From positions 1,024,001-1,088,000 of the forward strand of contig CAVXRD010000002.1 of NCBI GenBank assembly GCA_963764165.1: a DNA stretch of 64,000 bases, written 5' to 3'. The DNA is from an uncultured Verrucomicrobiae bacterium. Its GTDB lineage: Bacteria; Verrucomicrobiota; Verrucomicrobiia; Limisphaerales; Palsa-1400. A program made the translations under genes and the position numbers. Within the stretch, counting starts at the first letter, position 1. Each line of letters opens with the position of its first letter. Below are positions 27,775 through 37,779 of this stretch, one piece after another. The notes beneath the pieces are model-generated. The model had not been told where the DNA came from. It did no database searches and was given only the letters and a program-made list of their open reading frames with translations.

Positions 27775-29115
27775 ATGACCAACGATGTTTCCGGGCCACC
27801 CCGCTTGAGCCGGCGAAGTTTTCTAAAAGTCACTGGAGCGGCCGCCGCCGCCGTGGCGTTCCCGACGATCATTCCCGCCTCCGCCCTCGGGCGCGACGGG
27901 CGTCCCGCCCCGTCGGAGCGCATCAACATCGGCGCGGTCGGCTGGGGCATGCAAGGGCCCTATAACATTGAGGAGTTCATGAAGTTCAATGACGTCCAGG
28001 TCATGGCCACTTGCAATATCGACAAAGAGCATCTCAAAAAATCCGTCAAGGCCATCAATGATCACTACAAGAAAAAGGTGGCCAAGACATTTTCCGATTA
28101 CCGGAAAATGATGGCGCACAAGGATATTGATGCGGTGATGATCGCGGTGCCGGATCATTGGCACGAATTGATCGCGGTCGAAGCGGCGCGGCACAAGAAA
28201 GACATTTGGGGCGAAAAGCCGCTGGCTAAAACCATCGCCGAACAGCAGCGCATCGTACAGGCCGTGCATGAAAATGGCTGCATCTGGCAGACCGGCTCGT
28301 GGCAGCGTTCGAGCGGAAGTTTTCACAAGGCGGCGGAAATCGTTCGCAACGGCTTGATCGGGAAAGTCACGAATGTCGAGGTCGGGCTGCCTTCGGGCCA
28401 TACAGATTTCGCCAAAACCGCGCAGTTTGACCAGATCACCAAACCGCCTCGGAACTTGAATTACGAGCGCTGGATCGGCCCGTCGCGCATGATGCCTTAC
28501 ATCAAGGCGCGGACGCACATGAACTGGCGCTGGAATTACAACACCGGCGGCGGCCAATTGCTGGATTGGGTCGGCCACCATCTGGACATTGCGCATTGGG
28601 GGCTTGGCTTCGACTTGAGCGGGCCTTACGAAGTTGATGGCACCGGGGAATTTCCTCCGCACGATGCGATGTGGAACACCGCCACCAAATTCACGGTCGA
28701 GATGAAATATCCAGATGATATCCACATCACCATGGCCGGAGGCCGCGACGAAATCAAGGGTGGGACAAAATGGATCGGCACGGAGGGATGGGTTTATGTG
28801 GATCGCGGCAAGTTCGAAGCCTCCAACGAGGATTGGAAGGACATCAAGGAACTGCCGGAAGACGAATTGAAAATCAAATTGGTGCGCTCGACGAACCATC
28901 ATCGCAACTTTATTGACAGCGTAAAATCGCGGAAGCCGACGCTCACGCCGGCAGAAGTGGCGCATCACTCCGCAACTCCCGGACACCTTGGTTACATCTC
29001 GATGGTTCTCGGACGGAAACTCCGCTGGGATGTGGCGACTGAAACCATTCGCGACGATGAAACGGCGACGGCGATGATGTCGCGCATGTTTCGCGCGCCT
29101 TACAACGAGTGGTAA
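27775..29115 (+). CDS. Tat-exported Gfo/Idh/MocA oxidoreductase
   Basis: SRRSFLK Tat motif; IAVPDHWH, EKPL, DWVGHHLD. Confidence 0.93.
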   Translation: MTNDVSGPPRLSRRSFLKVTGAAAAAVAFPTIIPASALGRDGRPAPSERINIGAVGWGMQGPYNIEEFMKFNDVQVMATCNIDKEHLKKSVKAINDHYKKKVAKTFSDYRKMMAHKDIDAVMIAVPDHWHELIAVEAARHKKDIWGEKPLAKTIAEQQRIVQAVHENGCIWQTGSWQRSSGSFHKAAEIVRNGLIGKVTNVEVGLPSGHTDFAKTAQFDQITKPPRNLNYERWIGPSRMMPYIKARTHMNWRWNYNTGGGQLLDWVGHHLDIAHWGLGFDLSGPYEVDGTGEFPPHDAMWNTATKFTVEMKYPDDIHITMAGGRDEIKGGTKWIGTEGWVYVDRGKFEASNEDWKDIKELPEDELKIKLVRSTNHHRNFIDSVKSRKPTLTPAEVAHHSATPGHLGYISMVLGRKLRWDVATETIRDDETATAMMSRMFRAPYNEW

Positions 29116-29146
29116 AAGGCATCGCAAGGCGCATCTATTGAAGATG

Positions 29147-29240
29147 CCGAAGGCATCACAGCTTGCAGCCGGTGGTTTAGCAAAGCAATGCCACCGGTTG
29201 CGGTGAAATAAATAAATCGCCCCGGCAGGGGTGACAGGCG
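29147..29240. repeat. Multi-hairpin REP-like element
   Basis: ATGCCGAAGGCAT, CCGGTGG...CCACCGG and CCCCGGCAGGGG palindromes in series between convergent genes. Confidence 0.55.
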
Positions 29241-29387
29241 GCGCGCTGGCTCCGAGCCTGGCACGCATTTGTTTCCTTGGTGTTAAGGAATTTTGAACAG
29301 AAGGACGCGAAGATCACGAAGGGGGAAAAGAGTTCCTTCGACGGAAACGCTTTGACCGATGTTGCATTGGTTGCAAATTGCGTTTCC

Positions 29388-30788
29388 CTACTTAGAAACG
29401 CATTTCTTGAGGACGCCACAGACTTCTGTCGAATCTATTTGCGGCGGGAGCGGAAGGCCGGCCTCCTGGCAAATCAAAACCGGCTGTTCTCCGGGCGCGG
29501 TCACGCGCCGTCCGTGCGATCCCTTCACAAGTGTTGCGTCAAGAGGAATGACATCCATCAACATTCTGAAGCCGAGCTTCTTTTGCAAGAGACGCTGGAG
29601 AATCCGCAATTTCACGAGCGGAATTTTTGGGTCGAGAAATAATTCCACTGGATCGTAGCCGGGCTTTCGATGGATATCCACACAGCGCGCAAAATCCGGC
29701 GCAACGGCATCATCAAGCCAGTAGTAATAGGTGAACCAAGCGCGTTCGGAGGCGACGGCAATCAAGTCCCCTGCCCTCGGATGATCGATTCCGATGGCGC
29801 GCTTTTCTTCCGCGCCTAGAATTTGCTCAATGTGCGGCTCTTTGCGCAGAACTTCGCGCACGCGTGACGCGAGCGACGGATCGTTGAGGTAAATGTGCGC
29901 CACTTGATGGTCAGCCACCGCAAAAACCTTGCTCGCGCCGCAGTCCAATAGTTCGAGGCCAAGTTCTTCCTTGATCGTGATCCAACCTTCGCGCCGAAAA
30001 ATCCGGTTCAAATGCAACGGCGTATCGACCTCGGATATTCCATATTCGGAAAGCAACGTGACCGACACTTCGCGCGATTGAAAAAATGAAATCAAATCGC
30101 CGACGATGGCGTCGACGCGGCGCAAATCGGACGGAATTTGCGGATGGGCCGGCCCAAGCCGCTGCAAAGCGTAGTCAAGATGAGGAAGATAAACGAGATT
30201 CAGCGTCGGAGAATATTTTCGCTCAATCCACTTGGCTGATTCCGCAATCCAGCGCGACGCGGCATCGGGGGCTCCTTGTGGACTTTCCACACCTGCAGCC
30301 GGGCCCCAAAATGTCGGGAAAGGAAATTCGCCCAACTCCGCCTTGATCTCGGGGCGAATCAAGGCGGGGCCGGTGTAAATATCGAAGACTTTTCTGCCAT
30401 CCGCCGGATACGCGGGCCGGGGCGTGATGGAATAATCGACACTGGCGTACATGTTGTACCACCAGAAAAGCTTGGCGCAGGTGAAGCAGGGATTGCCCGC
30501 GCGAAGCTCATCCCAAATTTTGCGCCCGGCCACCACGTGGTTGGACTGCTTCCAAAAATGCACCTCGGACAGCGTGCGGTCGTACCAGCCATTGGCGACA
30601 ATGCCGTGCTCGCTGGGAGTTTTCCCCGTCAGATAGTTCGATTGCGCCGTGCAAGTGACGGCGGGAAACGCAGGGACAATTCCCGATTGCGAACCAGCTT
30701 CGCGAAACTTCAAAATGTTCGGCATGTCCGGCCCGATGAGAGACCCGGTCAACCCGACAACATTGATGACAGCCAATCGCTGCGGCAC
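29388..30788 (-). CDS. Alkaline phosphatase-superfamily phosphodiesterase (EboF-like)
   Basis: INVVGLT, PAVTCTAQ, YLPHLDY, LSEYG, ADHQVAH, VDIHRKPGYDPVELF, VKGSHG. Confidence 0.88.
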   Translation of the reverse strand: MPQRLAVINVVGLTGSLIGPDMPNILKFREAGSQSGIVPAFPAVTCTAQSNYLTGKTPSEHGIVANGWYDRTLSEVHFWKQSNHVVAGRKIWDELRAGNPCFTCAKLFWWYNMYASVDYSITPRPAYPADGRKVFDIYTGPALIRPEIKAELGEFPFPTFWGPAAGVESPQGAPDAASRWIAESAKWIERKYSPTLNLVYLPHLDYALQRLGPAHPQIPSDLRRVDAIVGDLISFFQSREVSVTLLSEYGISEVDTPLHLNRIFRREGWITIKEELGLELLDCGASKVFAVADHQVAHIYLNDPSLASRVREVLRKEPHIEQILGAEEKRAIGIDHPRAGDLIAVASERAWFTYYYWLDDAVAPDFARCVDIHRKPGYDPVELFLDPKIPLVKLRILQRLLQKKLGFRMLMDVIPLDATLVKGSHGRRVTAPGEQPVLICQEAGLPLPPQIDSTEVCGVLKKCVSK

Positions 30789-30824
30789 GGCCCCATTATC
30801 CCGCAAGACGGAATCGCCGCAAAT

Positions 30825-31757
30825 TCATTTCAAGCCGATCCCATATTTTTCGAGCGCCAGCAAGGCAACGCCCGCGACGGCAATCAGCCCGCCGATCACC
30901 GCGCGCCGCTGCACGCGCTCGCCCTCCCAATAATGCGCGAAGGGAATCACGATCAGCGGCGTGGTCGCCACAATCGCAAGCACAACGCCCGTCTTGGTGG
31001 TTCGGAGCGCCCATTGGTAACAGGTCACGCCCAAAGTCTGGCCCGCGAAGCCGTTGGCTAGCACCCACGGCCATGCGCGCTTCCATTTTTCGGCTTGCGG
31101 CCAGCGCGGCGCGGACGGATTTTGCCATTGCGCGGCGATTTCGCGGCGTTTAACGATCAACAAGCAAACGCCTCCCACAAATAATCCGCCAATCAAACGC
31201 TGGTAAGCTGCGGTGCCGCCATCGACGCTCTGGTGGTATTTTTCGGCGACGGCGTAGGCGAGCCGGCTCAGGACCGCGCCAAAGGCATTTCCCACGGCCG
31301 CCAATGTCGCAAAACAAATTCCTACGACTAAGGTCGCGCGTTTGACATTGAGATGTTTGGAGGGCGCAATCGCCAGGGCCACGCCAGCCAGAATAATGAC
31401 GCAGGCGGCAAATTGCCGTGTCGTCAATTTGGTTCCCAGCCAAGCCCACTCCAGCGCAGATGCGAAGAGCACCGACAGGCATTGCAACAGCAATGTGCTC
31501 AAACGCGATCCGATTCGCGGCAGTGATTGAAACAAAAAAACATCCGACCCGACGCCGATGATTCCGCTTGTCAAGAAGAGCGGAAACGAAGCCCCGCCGA
31601 GACCGCCGCCGAAAAGATGCGCCCACAGCGCGAGAAAAATAATGGCGGTGGAGAGCCGCCAGAAATTAGCCTCCGAGCCTCCAAGGATTCGCGCGGATTG
31701 AGTCGCGCAAACGATGGAGCCCGCAAACAATATGGCGGTCAATACCGACGGAAACAC
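30825..31757 (-). CDS. DMT/EamA family transporter
   Basis: About ten hydrophobic segments in two repeated halves. Confidence 0.88.
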   Translation of the reverse strand: MFPSVLTAILFAGSIVCATQSARILGGSEANFWRLSTAIIFLALWAHLFGGGLGGASFPLFLTSGIIGVGSDVFLFQSLPRIGSRLSTLLLQCLSVLFASALEWAWLGTKLTTRQFAACVIILAGVALAIAPSKHLNVKRATLVVGICFATLAAVGNAFGAVLSRLAYAVAEKYHQSVDGGTAAYQRLIGGLFVGGVCLLIVKRREIAAQWQNPSAPRWPQAEKWKRAWPWVLANGFAGQTLGVTCYQWALRTTKTGVVLAIVATTPLIVIPFAHYWEGERVQRRAVIGGLIAVAGVALLALEKYGIGLK

Positions 31758-31769
31758 GGCGGGATAATG

Positions 31770-31885
31770 GCCACAGATTTACACAGATCAACACAGATTT
31801 CCCAAAAAAGCGTTCTATTAACGAGTGTCACCTTGCTTCTGGCACCATCGTGTGCGCCAATTCTCATCTGTGTTGATCTGCGGCT
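31770..31885. repeat. Inverted pair of CACAGAT-type periodic repeats
   Basis: GCCACAGATTTACACAGATCAACACAGAT and ATCTGTGTTGATCTGCGGC. Confidence 0.75.
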
Positions 31886-32649
31886 CATTCCCGCCGGACC
31901 CACGAACTTAATTCGGCCACTCCCAATTGGAATTTTCGCGCGTGCTCACGCAGCAAAAATGGAACGTCCAAACGGTGGCGCAATTCAAAGTGCGGAGTCA
32001 AAACCTGGCTCAAGGCATCGAATGTCTTCACCTTTTTGCGCCCGCGCGCAAATCCGCCGAGCCAATTCTTCGGCGGAGTGTAACTTGCAAGCCATGTGTA
32101 GGGAGAAGTGATAATCAGTTGGCCTTCTGGAAGAACCAATTCCGGCAATCGCTCCAGGCAGCGCATCGGTTCGCGGAGCCTGTCAATCAGATTGGCCATA
32201 AAGACGGCATCGAACGCGCCCAAATCACGGCGGAGGCGCGTTGCGTCGCCCACCTCAAACTTGGCGCGAGAACGGCCAATTTCCTGAGGCACTCGCGCTG
32301 CCCGCATCTGCGTCAATTCGCCTTCTTCAAATGATTTGAATCGAATCGAACCCTTGCGTCGAAGCTGGTTGGCGAGTTGGATGAATTGATCTGAGAAATC
32401 GATGCCAATTACTTCTCCGCAATGCCGGGCCAGTTCAAACGTGCTCCGGCCGACGGCGCAGCCAAGATCTAAAGCGCGCGCCTCGGCGGGAAGGCGGCTT
32501 GCATCCAAACCGAGTTCCACGCATCGGGCGGGAAATGGCGGCGCGGCGGCGTCAGCCCAACCGGGCGGCGCGGGCAAATCCTCCGCGCCGTAGTGAAACA
32601 GCAGGTATTCCGACGCGCCCCGGGCGCTGTCATAATAATTTTCAGCCAT
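31885..32649 (-). CDS. SAM methyltransferase, OvoA C-terminal (mercaptohistidine N-methyltransferase)-like
   Basis: EYLLFHYG, ALDLGCAVGRSTFEL, ANLIDRL, SPYTW, REHARKFQ. Confidence 0.85.
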   Translation of the reverse strand: MAENYYDSARGASEYLLFHYGAEDLPAPPGWADAAAPPFPARCVELGLDASRLPAEARALDLGCAVGRSTFELARHCGEVIGIDFSDQFIQLANQLRRKGSIRFKSFEEGELTQMRAARVPQEIGRSRAKFEVGDATRLRRDLGAFDAVFMANLIDRLREPMRCLERLPELVLPEGQLIITSPYTWLASYTPPKNWLGGFARGRKKVKTFDALSQVLTPHFELRHRLDVPFLLREHARKFQLGVAELSSWVRRE

Positions 32650-32662
32650 CGCTGCCGTTGGG

Positions 32663-33802
32663 TCAAGCGGCCAGGAGTTTGCGCAAATAAGCCGATGGTT
32701 GGTAATTCTCGATCACCGTCTCCACTTGGCTGCCGCGATACATGCGCGCTTGCGGGACATTAATTTCGGGCGTTTTCGTCGCGGAAAATAAAATGTCGTC
32801 GTGCGTCGCGTTTTTTGACTCGGCGAATTTGTCGGGCGTCAAATGTCCGCCCAAATGGTCGCTGCGGCCGGTCGCCACGTGCAGCGTGCCGAGAATTTTT
32901 TCGTCCTGAATGTCGCGGCCCGAAGCGGGCAATTCCTGCGTGCCAAAACCGAGTTCGCCGATTTCGCCGGTGACCGGATCAGATTTTAATTTGCGGTTGT
33001 GCTCGTCAATCACATGCTGGCTGCCGCGCAGCAACGTCGATTGTTTCACCTTTCCGCCCGCTACTTCCAGCACGCCAATCGTCCCGTCTTCGTAGCGCAA
33101 GGGAAAGGAGCCATCCGCGCTTTCCGGCACAAAATAAACTTCGCCCGCCGGGAGATTCGCCACATCCGGTTTGTCGCCGCGGCACATGCCGTGGCTTTTT
33201 TGCGCTTCCTGCCCGTTGGTGTGAAGAGTCAGGCTCAACTTCTTGCCGAGGACTTCGTAATCGATTTCAAAGCGATCCGCCTTCGTCAAACCGAGCCGCA
33301 GCTTTTCGGCCTGGCGGCTGACTTCGTTGTAATCGACCGCGAGGCCGGTCCGCAAAATAATATCGTTGACGCCATGCAAGGTTGCGCCGCGAAAACCATA
33401 TTTCTTGGCGAAAGCGGTCAGCGGCGCTGTCGCCGAGAAAGTGGAAACGCAGAGGATGATCTTGTAATTCGGATAAACGTCGCGCTCCAAATTCACTTCG
33501 GCGCCGGTGGGAGTGAAGGCGGTGGCGGGCAAATCCAGATTGCTTCCGCCAGTCGCTTTGTAGGCGAACATTTCGCCGCCAGTCAAACCGAGTTCCTTCA
33601 ATCCGCCATTCTTCAATCCCAGGTAAAAGACATCGTGCGCCTTCCGTTGGATGGTCAGCGAATCATTCTGGAGGAAAGCGAAGTCCTTGATTCCAGACGG
33701 ATCCGGGAGATCGATAAGTATGGCAACGCGCTCCCCGCCTTTGGGAGCAAACACGGTTTGGAGCAAACGCGTCAGGCTGAACGGCGGAAATTTTTTGTCC
33801 AT
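32663..33802 (-). CDS. M29/leucyl aminopeptidase-like metalloprotein
   Basis: NLPAGEVYFVP, GELGFG, DEKILGTLHVATG, HDD. Confidence 0.75.
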   Translation of the reverse strand: MDKKFPPFSLTRLLQTVFAPKGGERVAILIDLPDPSGIKDFAFLQNDSLTIQRKAHDVFYLGLKNGGLKELGLTGGEMFAYKATGGSNLDLPATAFTPTGAEVNLERDVYPNYKIILCVSTFSATAPLTAFAKKYGFRGATLHGVNDIILRTGLAVDYNEVSRQAEKLRLGLTKADRFEIDYEVLGKKLSLTLHTNGQEAQKSHGMCRGDKPDVANLPAGEVYFVPESADGSFPLRYEDGTIGVLEVAGGKVKQSTLLRGSQHVIDEHNRKLKSDPVTGEIGELGFGTQELPASGRDIQDEKILGTLHVATGRSDHLGGHLTPDKFAESKNATHDDILFSATKTPEINVPQARMYRGSQVETVIENYQPSAYLRKLLAA

Positions 33803-33832
33803 CCATACATTCTACACAGCCTTTGAAAATTT

Positions 33833-34633
33833 TCAAAGCGGCGACTCTGTGAACTCGCGCTTGGAAAATTGCCGCCAATGCGTGTAACCGACCGAGCGGG
33901 CCAGTTCCACCGCCGCGGAAAAATCGCTGCCGGCTTCCGCAGGCGCATGCGCGTCCGAGCCGAAAGTAATCGGCAGTCCCCGCTCGAACGCCAACTCCAG
34001 AAAAGCCCGGCTTGGATAGATTTCCCGGCAATCCTTGCGCAATCCCGCCGTGTTCAGCTCAATGGCCACATCCATTGCCACTGTGCGATCCAGAAAATTC
34101 TCAAAGATCGGCGTGCAATCCTGGGTCGGGTAGATTTTGAATTTCTTGGGCAAATCCGCGTGGCCGATGATGTCGAACAACCCGGATTCCGCAGCCTTGC
34201 CGAGCCAGTCAAAATAAATGGACCACACCTCGAACGGATCGCGGCTCCGCCACTTGGAAAGCATGCTGGGATTGTCGATGGCCCAATCCTCGGAAACATA
34301 ATGCACCGAGCCGATCAAATAATCCCACGGATGCCGGGCGGCCAGTTCGCGAATCCACGCCTCCTGGCCAGGCAGATAGTCGACTTCAAGCGAAAGTTTG
34401 ATCGAGAGTTGCGGAAATTCCAGTTGCGCGCGGTGGACTTTCTCGACGTATTCATCGAGTTGATCGGAACGCATCCGCCAATCGTCGAAACCATCACGCC
34501 GCATCGGCGAATGGTCGGAAAAGCCAATCTCCTCAAGGCCCAGTTCGACCGCGCGAGCGGCATATTCCACCGGCTCGCCCGAGGCGTGCCGGCAGAGAGG
34601 AGTGTGCATATGATAATCCGCCGGCCACCGCAT
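33833..34633 (-). CDS. Histidinol-phosphatase, PHP (HisJ/HisK) family
   Basis: DYHMHT, GFSDH, IGSVH, GHADLPK, ELNTAGLRK, FGSDAH. Confidence 0.9.
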   Translation of the reverse strand: MRWPADYHMHTPLCRHASGEPVEYAARAVELGLEEIGFSDHSPMRRDGFDDWRMRSDQLDEYVEKVHRAQLEFPQLSIKLSLEVDYLPGQEAWIRELAARHPWDYLIGSVHYVSEDWAIDNPSMLSKWRSRDPFEVWSIYFDWLGKAAESGLFDIIGHADLPKKFKIYPTQDCTPIFENFLDRTVAMDVAIELNTAGLRKDCREIYPSRAFLELAFERGLPITFGSDAHAPAEAGSDFSAAVELARSVGYTHWRQFSKREFTESPL

Positions 34634-34709
34634 CGGAAGATTTTCTTCGATACGAGGGACGGAAGTCCATTAAATTCGGCGGGCGAAAACAGGGGCAGGA
34701 CAAAAAAAC

Positions 34710-34815
34710 TGAACAGGAGAAAGGCCGAGGAAGCGGAGATTCAAAAAAACAGCGTTCGGCAACCCCAGGTCGTTTCTCTCTTTTTCTCTGCGCTCTCGGT
34801 TTTCCTCCTGTTCAA
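34710..34815. repeat. Gene-less inverted pair of AACAGGAG-type repeats
   Basis: TGAACAGGAGAAAGGCCGAGGAAGCGGAG and CTCTGCGCTCTCGGTTTTCCTCCTGTTCAA. Confidence 0.78.
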
Positions 34816-34873
34816 GTTCAAAGCAACTTTGTCCACGGCGCGGTGTTCTAAACGAACGATTTCATCAAGAACC

Positions 34874-35839
34874 ATGAATTTCCGTTGGACATGCCTCCTG
34901 CTCGCGAAAGCGCTCCTTGCCGCGGCAAGCGCCCGTTCGGAACCCGACGGCGCGGCTTGGGCTGGCGTTTCCGCGGAAAAATGGCGCCAGATCGCCGCCG
35001 CCGGGCAAATCCCAACCAACCAGCTTGCGCCGCTTGTGCGGCGAATATTGGAGGCCGAATTGAGCGACAACGGAGACTGGACGCCCGATTGGAGCAGAGT
35101 GGCTGAAGCATTGCACGCGAAGGGGCAGTTTCCGTTGGATTTATGGAATCAGTATTTGGTTGACTCAGTGCGGCTTGAGATCGTCGTGGCTGATAATGCG
35201 AGACGCAGCGAAGGCCTCCCGTTTTGGTTCATCCACCCCGGTGACCGCGCGAATTTTGATGGCTTGGATGTTACGCTTCGAGCGTGGCTGGAGGATGACA
35301 TTTCTGGAATTCCGATTCACGGAACGACCGGCGCCCTCTATCCAATCGAACGGGAAAAATTAAAGGTTCATCAATTTACGGGCTCCGGCGGCGGCAACTG
35401 GAAGCCGCTCTCCAATTCGGCTTTTGCCTCGCTGCAACCGGGATTGCAGACCTACCATTATCGTTATCACGTCGAACTGTTTGACGGAAATGTCTCGGCG
35501 GATATCCGATTGAATCGCGCCCGAGTGAGGAGCGTGCGCTCCGCGGCCCATGACTATTTTTTCACGGGCTGCTCGATCTTTACGGGGTTTTCTTCCTCGC
35601 GGATTTTATCCTGGGTCCTCGGCACGAACAGCGCGCATAGAAGCAAAATAAATCCGATTTTTCCGTGGCCCAATATCATCAGGGCCACTGCGCCGGCCAT
35701 TAGCAGAGCCCAAATGGCGATTTGCAAACCGGGCGCGCGCGCCCAGGGTTCAGGACCGCGCAAGGCCGTCCGAAATCCGTCCAACGAAGCCAGAAGCATA
35801 AACAGCCCAATGGCTGATGCACTTCCGAGAAAGACGTAA
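34874..35839 (+). CDS. Hypothetical secreted protein, probably 3'-truncated, reading into the opposite gene
   Basis: Signal peptide at ATG 34874; last ~95 codons overlap the minus-strand gene ending at 35554. Confidence 0.5.
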   Translation: MNFRWTCLLLAKALLAAASARSEPDGAAWAGVSAEKWRQIAAAGQIPTNQLAPLVRRILEAELSDNGDWTPDWSRVAEALHAKGQFPLDLWNQYLVDSVRLEIVVADNARRSEGLPFWFIHPGDRANFDGLDVTLRAWLEDDISGIPIHGTTGALYPIEREKLKVHQFTGSGGGNWKPLSNSAFASLQPGLQTYHYRYHVELFDGNVSADIRLNRARVRSVRSAAHDYFFTGCSIFTGFSSSRILSWVLGTNSAHRSKINPIFPWPNIIRATAPAISRAQMAICKPGARAQGSGPRKAVRNPSNEARSINSPMADALPRKT

Positions 35840-37074
35840 ACAAAGGTCGGCACACCGCCGCCTGTCTTTACAGGGAATCCTTTCTCGGAAGGAACGCTCA
35901 AGAGCCACATGATCGCCGCCTCGCCGAGGTATGGCGCATCGCTTAAATCCGAGAGCAACCGCGGCGCGAGCAGCGTTCCGTCCGGCAATTCCCATATCGT
36001 CGAAATCATTTCGGTTGACAGTGGGTAGGCGAGGTCGAACCTGCCATTCTTGCGCGCAGCGCCGACGCCAAAGGCATTGGCCGCGAAACCGAACCCGTCC
36101 ACGACCGGGCCGGAATCCACATCCGCAAAGCTGGAGCGAGCCGTGTTGCTCTTGGGGAATTCGCGGAAGCCCTCGAAGCCGAGGCTTTCCTGCCAGAAAT
36201 TCTGTTCGTAGCTTTGAAACCATCCTTTGGCAGCGGCGGGCCAGAGTTCCGGCGCTGTCAAACCAAAATACGAATTCGCGCATCCTCGCGCTTCGGAAGT
36301 CGGGTGGCCTGTTTTTGCGTCCGCCAGATAGGGCGGCAATTTCAATTTGGTTTCGTGCTGGCCGATAAAGCCGCGCACGGCCCGTGTCACGAACTTCGAG
36401 TGATCGGTCCCGAGCACAGCATCGGCCCGGCGCACGCAGTAAACCGCCGCCATGACATCGCCCGGGTAGCATTGCGAGGGATAATCGTCGAGCAAGCCCG
36501 ATGGCGAGGCATCCAGCTCCTTGGAAAACGTCTCGACCTGGTCGCGGAGGAAATCGAGATGGGCGTGGTCGTGCAAGAGATTTGCCCGGCTGGTCAGCGC
36601 GGCCATGACCAGCATCCGGTAAAAAACATCCTCGTGATGGAGGTAATTCATTCCCCAATGCGTCCGCACCCAGGCCGCCTGATTTGTGTCAATAACAAGT
36701 TCAGACGCGGCCACGATGGCGTCCTTGCAATACTCCTTCGGGTCAATGCCGCTCTTGCCGTCATGAGACCACGCGTCCTCCAAATTTTCCACCGCCCACA
36801 AATAAAACACCGATCCAAACAGCGGCCATTCCGTGCCAGAGATATTGTTCGTTGACAGCGAGACGGCGCTGCCGTTTGTGACACGGTTTTTGGCCCATGC
36901 CTCGTAGCGCGGAGTCAAATGGCGCATGATCCGCCAATCCAGTTCCGGCACGCCGCCGGATTGCAGCGCGGGATCGCGCAGATTCAGCCACGCGCGCACA
37001 GTCGGATAAGCGACCAAAACCGCCGCCAGCAGGAAGGCGATCATTGAATTCAGAAGAACCACTTTGCGAATCAT
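35554..37074 (-). CDS. Membrane-anchored linalool dehydratase/isomerase-like protein
   Basis: LDDYPSQCYPGD, GFREFPK, ADVDSGPV, YLGEA; N- and C-terminal TM helices. Confidence 0.65.
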   Translation of the reverse strand: MIRKVVLLNSMIAFLLAAVLVAYPTVRAWLNLRDPALQSGGVPELDWRIMRHLTPRYEAWAKNRVTNGSAVSLSTNNISGTEWPLFGSVFYLWAVENLEDAWSHDGKSGIDPKEYCKDAIVAASELVIDTNQAAWVRTHWGMNYLHHEDVFYRMLVMAALTSRANLLHDHAHLDFLRDQVETFSKELDASPSGLLDDYPSQCYPGDVMAAVYCVRRADAVLGTDHSKFVTRAVRGFIGQHETKLKLPPYLADAKTGHPTSEARGCANSYFGLTAPELWPAAAKGWFQSYEQNFWQESLGFEGFREFPKSNTARSSFADVDSGPVVDGFGFAANAFGVGAARKNGRFDLAYPLSTEMISTIWELPDGTLLAPRLLSDLSDAPYLGEAAIMWLLSVPSEKGFPVKTGGGVPTFVYVFLGSASAIGLFMLLASLDGFRTALRGPEPWARAPGLQIAIWALLMAGAVALMILGHGKIGFILLLCALFVPRTQDKIREEENPVKIEQPVKK

Positions 37075-37134
37075 GGATATATTATACACGATGCGCAGAT
37101 GGATTGCGCTCGCGGAATTTCCGCCGGAAAACAC

Positions 37135-37175
37135 AGATGATTTAATCTGGAACGACCAAACTCAGGAACGGAGAA
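37135..37175 (+). repeat. Solo copy of the GxxExxY-flanking repeat
   Basis: AGATGATTTAATCTGGAACGACCAAACTCAGGAACGGAG, nearly identical to minus-strand 1476-1516. Confidence 0.85.
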
Positions 37176-37203
37176 CCAGGGACTTTTCACGCCCCATTAC
37201 TGC

Positions 37204-37779
37204 TTGTTTGACCAGCCACCCCTGCTGCATTTTCCGCTGGTGGCAGAAACGAACTTATCTCCGAAGGCTCGCGGCCCAAGCTGGATTGACTGCATCCGCC
37301 CGGTGTGGCGGCGTTACTGTTACATTCTTCTGATGGCGGGTTGGATGGGTGGCTTCACATTTTACGCGCTCATTGTCATTCCATCGGCGGAGCGCGTGCT
37401 CGGCAGCATTCGCGACACAGGATTTATTACGCAACAAGTAACGCGCTGGCTGAACATCATCGGCGCGAGTGTGTTGGCGGTCACGCTCTGGCTGGCTACC
37501 GCGAATTGGAAGAAGCAGCCGCCACGCCTGAGACGGGGCGTGGTTGGATGCTGGCTCATCATGGCGCTCGCGCAACTTGGCTTATTCCTCACCCACCCGC
37601 TCATGGATTCCTTGCTCGAAGCGCAAGGCCATAAGCTCCAGCACTTCGAGCGCTTCGAGAACCTGCACACGTTATATTTGACGTTCGCCACCACCCAATG
37701 GTGCGCCGCCCTCCTGCAAATCTGGCTGATGCTGATGATCTGGCGGGCGCGGGATCGGGCGAAAGAATCCCAATCCTAA
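37204..37779 (+). CDS. Four-TM membrane protein (DUF4149-like); start uncertain
   Basis: WMGGFTFYALIVIP..GFITQQVT..F..LH..Y. Confidence 0.7.
   Translation: MFDQPPLLHFPLVAETNLSPKARGPSWIDCIRPVWRRYCYILLMAGWMGGFTFYALIVIPSAERVLGSIRDTGFITQQVTRWLNIIGASVLAVTLWLATANWKKQPPRLRRGVVGCWLIMALAQLGLFLTHPLMDSLLEAQGHKLQHFERFENLHTLYLTFATTQWCAALLQIWLMLMIWRARDRAKESQS

Noticed and set aside
5381..29268. Long antisense ORFs (e.g. 5381-6607, 7543-9066, 15360-16586, 22781-24235, 27823-29268)
   Set aside because: Shadow frames of well-supported genes in GC-rich DNA; no recognisable motifs
33869..34873. N-terminal half of the 656-aa ORF
   Set aside because: Antisense to the hisJ-type gene and crosses repeats; the plausible start is ATG 34874
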